Below are positions 40,001 to 53,400 of a stretch of 64,000 nt of DNA, piece by piece. Source of the stretch: Yuukianura sp. NJ FZ-2021 (Eukaryota). The stretch is taken from assembly GCA_046563655.1 (NCBI GenBank), contig JAJCTO010000014.1, forward strand, positions 186,001-250,000. Direction: 5' to 3'. A program made the translations under genes and the position numbers. A model generated the notes under the pieces. The model ran no database searches, was not told the origin of the DNA, and saw nothing but the letters and a program-made list of their open reading frames with translations. The first letter of the stretch is position 1. Each line of letters begins with the position of its first letter.

Positions 40001-40892
40001 TGCCAGAAGCCTCCGTTGAGATCAAGAACTGTGAAGACGTAATTCATTGGTATGGTTCTGAGAATTGAGTTAACATTGTCCATTGGACCTGCGTTTGTCT
40101 TCATGGCGTCGTTTAGACGAATGTAATTGACACAAAGGCGATAGGATCCTGATTTTTTCTTCACCATAACGACTGGAGCAGCATACGTTGAAGTAGAATG
40201 TCGAATCATTCCTTTCTGAAGTAACTTCTCAATTTCTTGATTCATAATTTCTCTCACATTTGGTGAGTATGAGTAAGGTGCGACTGCAATTGGTCTGCCT
40301 TGAGTTTCGATCTGATGACATCCGAAGCTTGTTCGTCCATAATTTCCATCCGGTCTTGCGACATCAGGGAATTTTTTGAGTACTTCTAGTACTTTTGCCT
40401 CTCTGGGATCTACTTTTTCATTTTGCGGAGGATTTTCAGTTGTAACTGTCAGAGCTACTATTTTTGCTTCACGTTCTGGAGAAAATTTGGTTTTGAATAT
40501 TTCATTTGGTCTTGACTTGAACCAAAATTGATCTGTAGAAACATCAATGATGATCTGGTACTTGTGCATGATATCCCGGCCAATGATTAAAGGAAATGGA
40601 AGTGTCTGCATCACAAAAGCTTTGACGTGGATGAATGTTCCTCCAAATTTGAGTTGAAGACTGATTTTTCCTAATGGCTTCAATTTTGAATTGTCGGCAA
40701 TGGTAAGTTGAAGTGAACATGGTTCGAAGAGTTTTTGAATTTTGTGAGCTAAATTTTTGTGAATTAGGGTGTAGTCACTGCCGGAATCGAATAACGCGTG
40801 AATTTCTTCTTGAGAGTTTGAGGTTGCGCAAAGTGAACTCAATTTGAGAATTGGGAGTAAATAAGATTGCGCTATCTTATTCTCCCTCAATA

Positions 40893-40899
40893 GTTTAAA
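40893..40899 (-). promoter_or_regulatory. Slippery heptamer TTTAAAC for -1 gag-pol ribosomal frameshift
   Basis: U UUA AAC sits at the gag end, immediately before the pol ORF. Confidence 0.7.
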
Positions 40900-41157
40900 T
40901 TTTGAGATGAATTTTGCTCCTGTCCCTCTAGAACTTGAAATTCTTTCTGTTCACTGTCTCCAGTGAAAAGTACAAGTGGTTTCTTGTTTCCGCATTCATT
41001 TGCCCAATGCCCATAACCTTGGCACTTTGGACATTTCCCAGGGGGATCTTTCTGCGATTTGGAACTTGGTCCTGGCTGTTGATTGTCATTGTTTCTTCCC
41101 TGTTCGGAATTTTGATTTCGGGAATTCCCGTATCCTTGGTTTTGATAACCACGTTTG

Positions 41158-41556
41158 CAGTGTTGCTGGATGCTTAAACGTCCAGTGGCTTAATTGCCAC
41201 TTCCACTGGATATCCAGTGGATGAAATGGGGTCCAACTGGACGGTGGATGGAAGAAATCAGCTGAGTTGAAAAACTCAGCGCCAATTTCAAATAAATTTG
41301 AATTAAATAATAGGAAATACTTTAATTAAGTATTTAAACCGCTTTTGTCTAATTGGTTTTGTTATTAGAACTTATTTTAGCACGATTTCCGGTTGTTTTT
41401 GTATTGTTTTTGATTCCTTTTCGATCTTTATTATCAAATTATGCATACCCTGCGGGCAAAGCTCCGCCCCTTTGGATTCATCCATTTCGTCCATTTCATC
41501 CACTGGATATCCAGCCGTGGATGAAATGTCGAAAAAGTGGATATCCAGCAACACTG
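41158..41556. mobile_element. hAT-type MITE in gag
   Basis: TIR CAGTGTTGCTGGAT / ATCCAGCAACACTG; 8-bp TSD CACGTTTG. Confidence 0.92.
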
Positions 41557-44219
41557 CACGTTTGTAACCTCGACGAAATGGTCTCGAAGAATTGTACCCA
41601 CGATTGGAGTACTGAGCCACATATCCTTCATCTTGCGATCCGGAATTTCGTTGAAAAGGGTTGTAATTGGGATTGTAGTTTCTGCCTTTGTAATTTGTGT
41701 TTTGTCCATTGTTCTGGTAACGTCCGTGTCCTTGTACACGTCGGTGAAATCCTCTAGATTGTCGTCTGCGATTTGAAAACCCTCTAGGTTGAGATTGATT
41801 CTCTTCCTGTGTTTCTTTTTGTTGATTTGATTCGGAATTGTAAACGACTCTCGAGCCTTGTTGATAATTCTGAGCATTGTTGTATCCTCTGGTATTTCTG
41901 GTACGGGCGGGATTGAAATCTCTGCGAAAAGTTTCCTCGCTGATTGTTGGTTGTATTCTGGAGACTGGCTGCCACAAGTGGAGGTAAAGCGTCATAAATT
42001 CTGCGACTTTTGTCCTCTGCTGTAAGATTTTCATGTGCAACTCGACAAGCTGCAAACAATTCTTGTGGAGTCTCGAACTCTCTTTCCCCAAGTGGGGTTC
42101 TAAGTCTTGGAAACAATGAAGCTTTGACTCTTTTGATCATTTGTTTAAGTGTTTCACTTGGAAAACACAACTTTGCTAAACGTAGCATTTCATAGATGTA
42201 CGTCTCCGTAGGATCTTTAAAATGTTGAACTCTGTTCGTAAAATATTTGATCCGATTTCTCTGTTCATCCTCTCCGTCGTAACGTTCAATGAAAGTTTTC
42301 TTAAATTCTTCCCAATCCTTTGTTTCAGAATGGACATGTTGCCACCAAGCATGACTTTCCTCTGGAAGAACAGTTTTGACTAAATATAGCCATTGTTGAG
42401 GTGCGTGACCTTGCGTAGTGAAGAAACGTTCAACGTCTTTGAGAAATGATTCTGCGGTATGCCGCTTTGGATTAAATTTTGGCAGTGGCAGTTGAGAATT
42501 AACTGCTGTGACCCGAACGTTTTTGAGAGCTTCAGCCAAAGCTTCCGTCGTAACGAAGCTTGAAGTCGGAGATGCTGGTGAATGTCCAGTTGAAATTTGT
42601 AAGGTTTTGGGCCGCTGTGCTGAAGTTGATTGAATTGGGATTGAACCAATTTGTTGTTGAGTATTTGTCTCTGCTAATTTTTGCTGTTCAGCAGCTTTTC
42701 TTTGAGCTTCTGCTATCTGTCTGGTCCTTTCAGCTTCATTTATAGCTGCTGTAAACAACTGAGCAAGTGCTGCCATCTGCCGGTCACTGAATGGGTAATC
42801 CGTTTCTACTTCCTGTTGGTTTGATCTGTCAATCATTTGTTGATCCAAATTCAGGTTCTGCCCAAAATTTTGATTTTCTGGCGTAGATTGTGCGGTAGTA
42901 GCTGAGCTTCCAGCTTCCTCTGACCTTTGACCTTCTAGGTCTGACATTGTTGTCGTTGATTTGCGAATTATTCGTCCACTTCGAGTTTTGCTTGCTCCAA
43001 ATGTTGGAGTTGGAATTTTCGTTTGCGTAGGTTTTTTGCTCATTAAGCACTTTTGAGGATCCTTCTAGGATTTGGCGTTATGAAATTTAATTTTTAATTT
43101 AAAATTGTTCGATTTAGCAGTTAACTTGTTTTAAAAACTTTAAATTTTAACGAAAATCCAAAAATTTTCTTTGCTTTACGAAGTTTGTCAATTAATTTGC
43201 AAATTATTTAAATCGTTAACGTGAATGAATTAATTAAAATCTTTACAAATGTTCAAAAGTTCGTTAAAACTTGATTAATTTACAGTTTGTCCCTCTAGGA
43301 CTGAATTATTTGCTTTACAGTTGAGTCTCTTTTGAATTTATAAACAAAACAGTTAATTTTTGCACGAAAGTTTGAATTTACCAATTGTTTTTGTCGAACA
43401 GCTGACTTTTGTTTTTGTTTTGATTTGAATTGTCAGTTTTTTGCGAAATTGGAATTTGTTTTGTCAATCAGCTGACTTTTGTTTTTGTTTACATCTCAAA
43501 TGTCAATTTTTCTGTTTTGTAGTATTTTGTAGTTTCATCCATTAGCATTTGTTCAGTTTTGTAGTTTTGCAACTTTTCAATTGTACTTTTTCAAGTTTTT
43601 GAAATACGTCAATTTGCTGAATTCTCATTGGATGTGTTTTAACCTGTGGTGGTATGGTCGGGTGGGAATACAATCTCCCCTTCTTCTTCCTTTTTTTTTC
43701 CGTTATGGGCGTAGCTTCTCAACAGCCATTTTAACTTTTTTGACAAAAAGAACGCTATGTCTTTAGATTTCCAGAAAAATCGGGCAGCACCCGTGCCCCA
43801 ATTTACAATTTCAAAAAAAAATCGCCTTCCAGGCCTTATGTCGTTCACCCCTGACCTTCTGGTCGCTTGCGGGGGTTATGATGTGCTGTGAAGGTGGGAG
43901 AGGAAGAAAAAGACACCACAGAGCTCTATCTTCCTCGTTATGTTTTTAAATTTTTGACAGATTTAAGAAATTTTAGCCAATTTTAACTTTTAACCAGTTT
44001 TAATTTTTTAAATTTTTAACGTTTTAACTTTTTAGAACTTTAACTTCCCGTCTTCAGCTCCACTGACAGGTTTTTTAAAGAAAAATCTTCAAAATCCGGC
44101 GAAAGGAAGAGGAAAACCTCTTTGACTTTCACATTTTGACAATTTTTGTTAGTTTTTACCGTTGTTGTGAGTAGTTCCTGAGGATTGCGGGTTCGTCTCC
44201 TTGACAACAGATCGACACG

Positions 44220-44428
44220 TGTGCCGGCGGAGGTTGACCTGGTGACCTGAGATGCTAAGTGCTGGTGAGCCGACGGAAGGAAGTGGACGACGAGAGAGAG
44301 ACAACCAAGAGAGATGAGAAACCAACGGATGGTTTATTGAGACTGAAGTGAGTGTGTGTATGTATGAATGCAATAGCCTATCATAGCCTATGGGGGTGAG
44401 TGGGGTGCTGTGTATGGGGTGTGGTACA
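44220..44428 (-). repeat. 5' LTR of the outer gypsy element
   Basis: Direct repeat of 29279-29484, upstream of a ~1.2-kb leader and gag. Confidence 0.85.
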
Positions 44429-45648
44429 GGCATTGGCGACAAGGGTCAAGTTCGAGAAAGTTCAAGTTCAGAAGATCAGGAAAAAGAAGAAATGGCAGCG
44501 TCTTCTAATGTCGCTCCTGCAGAAAAAGAAGATGTTGCAGTTGAACGGGAGCCGAGTACATCATATCCATTTCGTGTTTCCAGCGGTTATATTCCTTTGT
44601 CGTCTCATTATCAACCTTCACCATTTGTTCTAGATACCATGAACGAGAATTTTACGGTTTTGCCCTTCGAGTCACCTTCAATGAGTAACTACATGGGTAC
44701 ACAGGACACGTTCACAATTACAGAACCATTTTCACCGCCGCCTCGTCCTATGGATGTCATGATTGAGCATCGTGTTCCTTCTGGACACTACGGTCTTGGA
44801 TGCACCCCTCCAAGAAACGAAATTCAGCGTAGACAACTTCCTACTGAACCATCAGTCCAGCAGCAGGCGATGTTCAACCGAAGGTATCGAAATCGACTTG
44901 ATCCAATTGTGAGTCCGGTTTTCCCGAATCTCACTACTGGAAAGCGACCATGGGCTTCACATGCACATCTCCGACATCATCACAAGAAACAGCATCAGCA
45001 CCATCCACAGCAACCGAAAGTTGCCGAAGAGAAGAAGGAAAGTGACAACAAGCAGATGCAGCCAGTAGAAGGCAAGACACTTCATAAATATCATCCGAAG
45101 AACAAGATTTTTCGTTTTGGGAATTACAACCAGTACTATGGGTATCGAAATGCTGGGCAAGCAGAGGATGCTCGACTGAGAGCATTCAAAAGAGAATGGA
45201 TTGAAGGGAAAAATGTACTGGACATTGGATGTAACGTTGGACATGTGACACTCTGCCTGGGACGGGACTTTGGACCACGCGGGATCCTGGGAATTGACAT
45301 AGACGGATACTTGATCAAGGTGGCCAAGAAGAACATCAAGCATTACGTGGATCGAGATCCAAACGACGTGAGTATAAAGTTTCCTCTCGCCCTTTCAATC
45401 GTACATGGAAGTCTTCAACCTCCACAGTTGGAAGCGGCCGTGGGGAAAACACCGGAGTATGCAGGATCCAGTGCTACGCCGACGTCGACCAGTGGCAGCC
45501 AAGGAGAACGCAAGAGGATTCTGTTTCCGTACAACGTCGGTTTCCGACAAGTATGTCTATCATTTTACTTTTTTCTAACTTTTCACAAGAAGATTCTAAT
45601 GTTTCTTTTGAATTTTAGGAAAATTACGTTATGGAAGATTACGTTATG
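44429..45648 (+). pseudogene. MEPCE: 7SK snRNA methylphosphate capping enzyme (MePCE/Bin3), truncated in the methyltransferase domain
   Basis: FRFGNYNQYYGYRN, VLDIGCNVGHVT, GIDIDGYLI, FPYNVGFRQ|ENYV (intron 45551-45618); sequence switches to satellite at 45648 before the C-terminal Bin3 motifs. Confidence 0.85.
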
Positions 45649-45944
45649 GTTTTAGCGTTCAAATGTTTAAATTCTGAATGTGGAGAGAGGCGTCTCTGCC
45701 ATCGCTGTACTATGAGTCCTTCCTAGACGTGATCAAATTTCCGACAATTCCAAAAACAACACAAGTGTTAGCGGTCAAAGTTTGAAGTTACGGCCCCATG
45801 CAAACCGGGTAGAAACTTCGCTCACGGGGGGTTCTAAAAGCCGATGCAAACTTTTAAAAAAATTCCCTCCTCACGAACTGAGGGGTTTTAGCGTTCAAAA
45901 GTTTAAATTCTGAATGTGGAGCGAGGCGTCTCTGCCATCGCTGT

Positions 45945-48269
45945 TGAAACCTCCCCCAATATCTATCTCCACAGGATCTATCCATCTTCCACATGCCCTC
46001 AAATATCAGACGAAAGACAACAAGATAAATAATAAAATCAATCAATCTAATAAAACTAAACAATCAATGAATCAACTCCGGATGTGTGATCTAACTCCAT
46101 GACCTCAAGAGGAGTAGCATGCTATTTCCTAGATTCTACTAGTCTAACACTAGTGCCTGGGTTTCCTTAAGTCCTTTGGATTGGTTGGTGAAAGTCGCTT
46201 TGAATTGAAATGCTCTTCAATCATTTGTGGGCAGAGCCCAGCAGGAGGACCTGAGTACTTACTAATAGTAATTTGTATACAAACGTACCTGGAGGTAGTG
46301 CCTTTCCTTGACGCTTCCCCCTGGATGTATTCTGCAGAAGGACCTGACCTTTGACCTTGGACGTCGGACCCTCACGGATGGACTGGAGACTTCGGTTGGT
46401 GGCTCGAGCGCAAAGGATTTCGTCAGCAGTTTAGAAGTTGAAGAAAAGTGAAAGTTGGAAATAGAAGCGAAAGAAGTGAATGGATAAGTTGGTATTTCAG
46501 TCAAAGTAACTTTTACTTGTACTTTGACTTAGGAAAATGAGGATATCCTCATTTTCCGCAAGTCAAACTGGTAAGTCAAAGTATAAGTTCGAGTGGAAGT
46601 TTGACTGAGAATTGAGTTTTTCACTCAAACCTGAGAACTTATACTTTGTGTGTGGTTTCTTTCGGTTGAAGTAAACTTTGACTCCACTGATGTGTTACCC
46701 ACAAAATACATTGTACTTTTACATGCACCATCATGGCCGGGAAGTTTTGATGCTCATTTTCAATTTCTGATATGTAGAAAACTTAATTAAATTGTAATTA
46801 AAATTAAAATTCTTCAGGATTGCAACCATTCATCCGAGGTCATATTGCTAAACATTGATAATTACGTGTTTGTTTTAATTGCCCCTGAATACAAAGGTAG
46901 CCTTTTAAACTTTTAAAATTGTAAACCTAATTAACTAATTGCAATGAATAATTAACTTTAATTAGTACCATTAACATATCAGATATGTAGATTTATGGTG
47001 ATTTCGGGTCGCTGACTACGAAAATGACTTCAAAAACGTTGAAAAACTAAACTTAATTAACTAATGACAATTAATAGTTAACTTTAATTAGTACAATAAG
47101 CACATAAGACAAATACATTTGGGGTAATTTTGGGTCGCCTACCACGGACATGACTTCAAAAATGTAAAGAAACGTAAACATAATTAGCTAATTGCGATTA
47201 ACAATCAACTTTAATTGATTAATTAAACTCCATTTGTGAAGTAATTTTTGTGTTCAGCGACCCAAAATTACGCTAGAAGTGCATGTTGTATTAATTAATG
47301 TTAATTTGTTAATTGTAATTAGTTAATTACAAATAATAACAATTACAGTTTGGGTAGGTGTACGTTGTTAAACGTTTTTGATGTGATTTTGATGTTCAGG
47401 AACCCAAAATTACTTCACATGTATATGCTAATTGTACTAATTAAAGTTAATTATTAATTGTAATTAGTTAATTAAGTTTACGTCTTTGACGTCCTTGACA
47501 ACTAAAATTAGTTATCAATTTTGAAGGGGTACAATACAATTCAACGGGAGTATTCAACGAGGAGTCAAAGTTTACTTCAACCATTTTTTCGTTGTAGTCA
47601 AAGTACAAGTAATGGGAAATAACAACAGAAGTTGTACTTGGACTATGACTTTCGTCCATCACAAAGTCAAAGTACAAGTAAAAGTTACTTTGACTGAAAT
47701 ACCAACTTATCCAATATGTTTTTAATTTAGACTAAAGGGCCAATGCTGGCCAAGTGCCTACTTATTTAAGAGCTAAGTAAAGCTACCGGACAACTGACCC
47801 AGAGGTCGGACTACCGATCCTCTATTTATACTTAAAGATTAGAAGATCTGGACATGCAAGAACATGATCTTCGACCACGTTAACTAATAAACATGTCTAA
47901 CTAATCTACAATTTGTAACTACAAAGTTTCCTAGTCATCAACTTTGTAGTCTTTCTAATCTATTCTCTAATCCTAAAAGACATAAACTTTGTCTTAAGTT
48001 TTGAATTAGTTAAGCTAACTAAGTAGATTTCAGAGTCACGTCAGATCACTCATGACATGACATTTACTGTTGATTGCGAGAAAGTCGTAAACTTTCGCAC
48101 AATCAGGACAGCTGATAAGGGTTACCGGTCAGCACCCTGGGGTCGTCTCCCTCTGATTACTGAACACGCGAAAAAGGAATGAACTAATTCATTCCCTTCT
48201 CCTGTGCTCCAGTGCGAAATCTGCCAATCAATACTTTAAAATTGATTGACAGCTTTCTCCACTGTTACA
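45945..48269. mobile_element. Solo-LTR-like insertion in the satellite, itself containing a TIR element
   Basis: TG...CA ends with 4-bp duplication CTGT of satellite sequence; no coding remnants recognised. Confidence 0.65.
46482..47712. mobile_element. Non-autonomous TIR element with an internal foldback segment
   Basis: ~48-bp TIR GGATAAGTTGGTATTTCAGTCAAAGTAACTTTTACTTGTACTTTGACTT; AAT on both sides. Confidence 0.85.
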
Positions 48270-50447
48270 CTGTACTATGAGTCCTTCCTAGACGTGATCA
48301 AATTTCCGACAATTCCAAAAACAACACAAGTGTTAGCGGTCAAAGTTTGAAAATACGGCCCCATGCAAACCGGGTAGTAACTTCGCTCACGGGGGGTTCT
48401 AAAAGCCAATGCAAACTTTTGAATCATTTAAAAAAATTCCCTCCTCACGAACTGAGGGGTTTTAGCGTTCAAAAGTTTAAATTCTGAATGTGGAGAGAGG
48501 CGACTCTGCCATCGCTGTACTATGAGTCCTTCCTAGACGTGATCAAATTTCCGACAATTCCAAAAACAACACAAGTGTTAGCGGTCAAAGTTTGAAGTTA
48601 CGGCCCCATGCAAACCGGGTAGAAACTTCGCTCACGGGGGGTTCTAAAACCCGATGCAAACTTTTGAATCATTTAAAAAAAAATTCCCTCCTCACGAACT
48701 GAGGGGTTTTAGCGTTCAAATGTTTAAATTCTGAATGTGGAGAGAAGCGTCTCTGCCATCGCTGTACTATGAGTCCTTCCTACACGTGATCAAATTTCCG
48801 ACAATTCCAAAAACAACACAAGTGTTAGCGGTCAAAGTTTGAAGTTACGGCCCCATGCAAACCGGGTAGAAACTTCGGTCACGGGGGTTCTAAAAGCCGA
48901 TGCAAACTTTTGAATCATTTAAAAAAATTTCCCTCCTCACGAACTGAGGGGTTTTAGCGTTCAAAAGTTTAAATTCTGAATGTGGAGAGAGGCGACTCTG
49001 CCATCGCTGTACTATGAGTCCTTCCTAGACGTGATCAAATTTCCGACAATTCCAAAAACAACACAAGTGTTAGCGGTCAAAGTTTGAAGTTATGGCCTCA
49101 TGCAAACCGGGTAGAAACTTCGTTCAAGGGGGTTCTAAAAGGCGATGCAAACTTTTGAATCATTTAAAAAAATGTCCCTCCTCACGAACTGAGGGGTTTT
49201 AGCGTTCAAAAGTTTAAATTCTGAATGTGGAGAGAGGCGTCTCTGCCATCGCTGTACTATGAGTCCTTCCTAGACGTGATCAAATTTCCGACAATTCCAA
49301 AAACAACACAAGTGTTAGCGGTCAAAGTTTGAAGTTACGGCCCCATGCAAACCAGGTAGAAACTTCGCTCACGGGGGGTTCTAAAAGCCGATGCAAACTT
49401 TTGAATCATTTAAAAAAAATTTCCCTCCTCACGAACTGAGGGGTTTTAGCGTTCAAAAGTTTAAATTCTGAATGTGGAGAGAGGCGACTCTGCCATCGCT
49501 GTACTATGAGTCCTTCCTAGACGTGATCAAATTTCCAACAATTCCAAAAACAACACAAGTGTTAGCGGTCAAAGTTTGAAGTTACGGCCCCATGCAAACC
49601 GGGTAGAAACTTCGCTCACGGGGGTTCTAAAACCCGATGCAAACTTTTGAATCATTTAAAAAAATTTCCCTCCTCACGAACTGAGGGGTTTTAGCGTTCA
49701 AAAGTTTAAATTCTGAATGTGGAGAGAGGCGACTCTGCCATCGCTGTACTATGAGTCCTTCCTAGACGTGATCAAATTTCCGACAATTCCAAAAACAACA
49801 CAAGTGTTAGCGGTCAAAGTTTGAAGTTATGGCCTCATGCAAACCGGGTAGAAACTTCGTTCAAGGGGGGTTCTAAAAGCCGATGCAAACTTTTGAATCA
49901 TTTAAAAAAAAATTTCCCTCCTCACGAACTGAAGGGTTTTAGCGTTCAAAAGTTTAAATTCTGAATGTGGAGAGAGGCGTCTCTGCCATCGCTGTACTAT
50001 GAGTCCTTCCTAGACGTGATCAAATTTCCGACAATTCCAAAAACAACACAAGTGTTAGCGGTCAAAGTTTGAAGTTACGGCCCCATGCAAACCGGGTAGA
50101 AACTTCGGTCACGGGGGGTTCTATAAGCCGATGCAAACTTTTGAATCATTTAAAAAAAATTTCCCTCACGAACTGAGGGGTTTTAGCGTTCAAATGTTTA
50201 AATTCTGAATGTGGAGAGAGGCGTCTCTGCCATCGCTGTACTATGAGTACTTCCTAGACGTGATCAAATTTCCGACAATTCCAAAAACAACACAAGTGTT
50301 AGCGGTCAAAGTTTGAAGTTACGGCCCCATGCAAACCGGGTAGAAACTTCGCTCACGGGGGGTTCTAAAAGCCGATGCAAACTTTTGAATCATTAAAAAA
50401 AATTTCCCTCCTCACGAACTGAGGGGTTTTAGCGTTCAAAAGTTTAA

Positions 50448-53400
50448 CCTCTTGAACCCTAAATACGACTTTAGTCGTATTTTCTGTGCGGGCTCAGGGG
50501 CCTGAATACGACTATAGTCGTACTTTCTGTGCGTGCTCAGGGGCCTGAATACGACTTTAGTCGTACTTTCTGTGCGTGCTCCAGGGCCTGAATACGACTT
50601 TAGTCGTATTCTGTTTCCCTGCTCAGGAGCCGGACTACGACTATTGTCGTATTTTAATTTGAAAAAAAAAGAAACGTTTTGTGAAATCTTATTGGCACGG
50701 ATTCTTTTCGAAAATGAATTGAAAATCTTTTTATAAAAGAAAATTTTTAGAAAATTGAAAAATCGAAATTTTTTAAATTCTGATGCGTTTTTTTAAGAGA
50801 AAAAAATAAAAAATTTTAACAACACCGTAAAAACGAATTCCAACGTAATTCGAATTTCTTGGCCAAAATTCTAATTATAACAAATATTCAATGTGAGAAA
50901 GTGTATTCTTGGGCACATATCACCATTTCTGGATTAGACTATTCTTGATCAGACTTTTCTGGCTCAGACTTTTCTGGATCAGACTTTTCTGGATCAGACT
51001 TTTCCGGATCAGATTTTTCTAATAAGACTTTTATGGATCAAACTTTTCTGGCTCAGACTTTTCTGGATCAGACTTTTCCGGATCAGATTTTTCTAAATAA
51101 GACTTTTATGGATCAAACTTTTCTGGATCAGACTTTTCTGGCTCAGACTTTTCTGGATCAGACTTTTCCGGATCAGATTTTTCTAAATAAGACTTTTATG
51201 GATCAAACTTTTCTGGATCAGACTTTTCTGGCTCAGACTTTTCTGGATCAGACTTTTCCGGATCAGATTTTTCTAAATAAGACTTTTATAGATCAAACTT
51301 TTCTGGATCAGACTTTTCTGGCTCAGACTTTTCTGGATCAGACTTTTCCGGATCAGATTTTTCTAAATAAGACTTTTATGGATCAAACTTTTCTGGATCA
51401 GACTTTTCTGGCTCAGACTTTTCTGGATCAGACTTTTGCGGATCAGATTTTTCTAAATAAGACTTTTATGGATCAAACTTTTCTGGATCAGACTTTTCTG
51501 GCTCAGACTTTTCTGGATCAGACTTTTCCGGATCAGATTTTTCTAAATAAGACTTTTATAGATCAAACTTTTCTGGATCAGACTTTTCTGGCTCAGACTT
51601 TTCTGGATCAGACTTTTCCGGATCAGATTTTTCTAAATAAGACTTTTATGGATCAAACTTTTCTGGATCAGACTTTTCTGGCTCAGACTTTTCTGGATCA
51701 GACTTTTGCGGATCAGATTTTTCTAAATAAGACTTTTATGGATCAAACTTTTCTGGATCAGACTTTTCTGGCTCAGACTTTTCTGGATCAGACTTTTGCG
51801 GATCAGATTTTTCTAAATAAGACTTTTATGGATCAAACTTTTCCGGATCAGACTTTTCTGGATCAGATTTTTCTAAATAAGACTTTTATGGATCAAACTT
51901 TTCTGGATCAGACTTTTCTGGCTCAGACTTTTCTGGATCAGACTTTTCCGGATCAGATTTTTCTAAATAAGACTTTTATGGATCAAACTTTTCTGGATCA
52001 GACTTTTCTGGATCAGACTTTTATGGATCAGACTTTTCCGGATCAGATTTTTCTAAATAAGACTTTTATGGATCAAACTTTTCTGGATCAGACTTTTCTG
52101 GCTCAGACTTTTCTGGATCAGACTTTTCCGGATCAGATTTTTCTAAATAAGACTTTTATGGATCAAACTTTTCTGGATCAGACTTTTCTGGCTCAGACTT
52201 TTCTGGATCAGACTTTTCCGGATCAGATTTTTCTAAATAAGACTTTTATGGATCAAACTTTTCTGGATCAGACTTTTCTGGCTCAGACTTTTCTGGATCA
52301 GACTTTTCCGGATCAGATTTTTCTAAATAAGACTTTTATGGATCAAACTTTTCTGGATCAGACTTTTCTGGCTCAGACTTTTCTGGATCAGACTTTTCCG
52401 GATCAGATTTTTCTAAATAAGACTTTTATGGATCAAACTTTTCTGGATCAGACTTTTCTGGCTCAGACTTTTCTGGATCAGACTTTTCCGGATCAGATTT
52501 TTCTAAATAAGACTTTTATGGATCAAACTTTTCTGGATCAGACTTTTCTGGCTCAGACTTTTCTGGATCAGACTTTTCCGGATCAGATTTTTCTAAATAA
52601 GACTTTTATGGATCAAACTTTTCTGGATCAGACTTTTCTGGCTCAGACTTTTCTGGATCAGACTTTTCCGGATCAGATTTTTCTAAATAAGACTTTTATG
52701 GATCAAACTTTTCTGGATCAGACTTTTCTGGCTCAGACTTTTCTGGATCAGACTTTTCCGGATCAGATTTTTCTAAATAAGACTTTTATGGATCAAACTT
52801 TTCTGGATCAGACTTTTCTGGCTCAGACTTTTCTGGATCAGACTTTTCCGGATCAGATTTTTCTAAATAAGACTTTTATGGATCAAACTTTTCTGGATCA
52901 GACTTTTCTGGCTCAGACTTTTCTGGATCAGACTTTTCAAAATAAGACTTTTCCGGATCAGATTTTTCTAAATAAGACTTTTATGGATCAAACTTTTCTG
53001 GATCAGACTTTTCTGGATCTGACTTTTCTTGATCAGGCTTTTCAAGATAAGACTTTTATGGGTCAAACTTTTCTGGATATACAAAATACATTAAAGAGGT
53101 AATGTATTGTTTACGGCATATAATATGTGTATATGTTATATTATCCACATAATATAAATAATAATAATATGTTATTCTTATTATTATCATCATATATCAC
53201 CTTGTTGTAATATATGGTAAGTACAGTTATTAGCTAGTTATTAGAAATTATGTTGCAGTACGGCAAGAGTGTGGGTCACAATCCCACCCATGACGTAAAT
53301 CACTCTTTGCGGCGAAGACACAGTAAGCACGCGGAGCAGCCTCGGCATATTCAATATTTATGCCAATTGTTAGTATTATTATAATATTATTACAATCAAA

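Larger units (their letters stand above)
31644..40890 (-). pseudogene. pol: pol of the outer gypsy (PR-RT-RNase H-IN); frameshift near 38620 and split by the nested element
   Basis: LFDSGS (protease), VFMDDILI (RT), CDASTTGLGA (RNase H), H-H/C-C zinc motif, D..D..E integrase core and WQGPY; KRHVSQ|IKHYVARQ...RINYRTLAG rejoins in frame after removing 31831-37530. Confidence 0.9.
40891..43043 (-). pseudogene. gag: gag of the outer gypsy; frameshift near 41900 and hAT MITE insertion
   Basis: Capsid-like LPKFNP...WEEFKKTFIERY...VQHFKDPTETYI; after the MITE CPKCQGYGHWANEC zinc knuckle, ending QNLNY-stop. Confidence 0.85.
29279..44428 (-). mobile_element. Ty3/gypsy LTR retrotransposon (gag, -1 frameshift pol, extra exonuclease ORF3) with nested insertions
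   Basis: Direct ~206-bp TG...CA repeats at 29279-29484 and 44220-44428 with AATAAA on the minus strand; gag, PR-RT-RH-IN order; integrase tail resumes in frame across the nested element. No TSD or canonical PBS/PPT seen. Confidence 0.85.

Noticed and set aside
48270..50447. Regular repeats as a CRISPR-like array
   Set aside because: Units are near-identical over their full length with no unique spacers, and the context is eukaryotic.
51033..53102. 689-aa ORF as a real pentapeptide-repeat protein gene
   Set aside because: Explained by a stop-free 15-bp minisatellite inside a TTAA-flanked element; not listed as a CDS.
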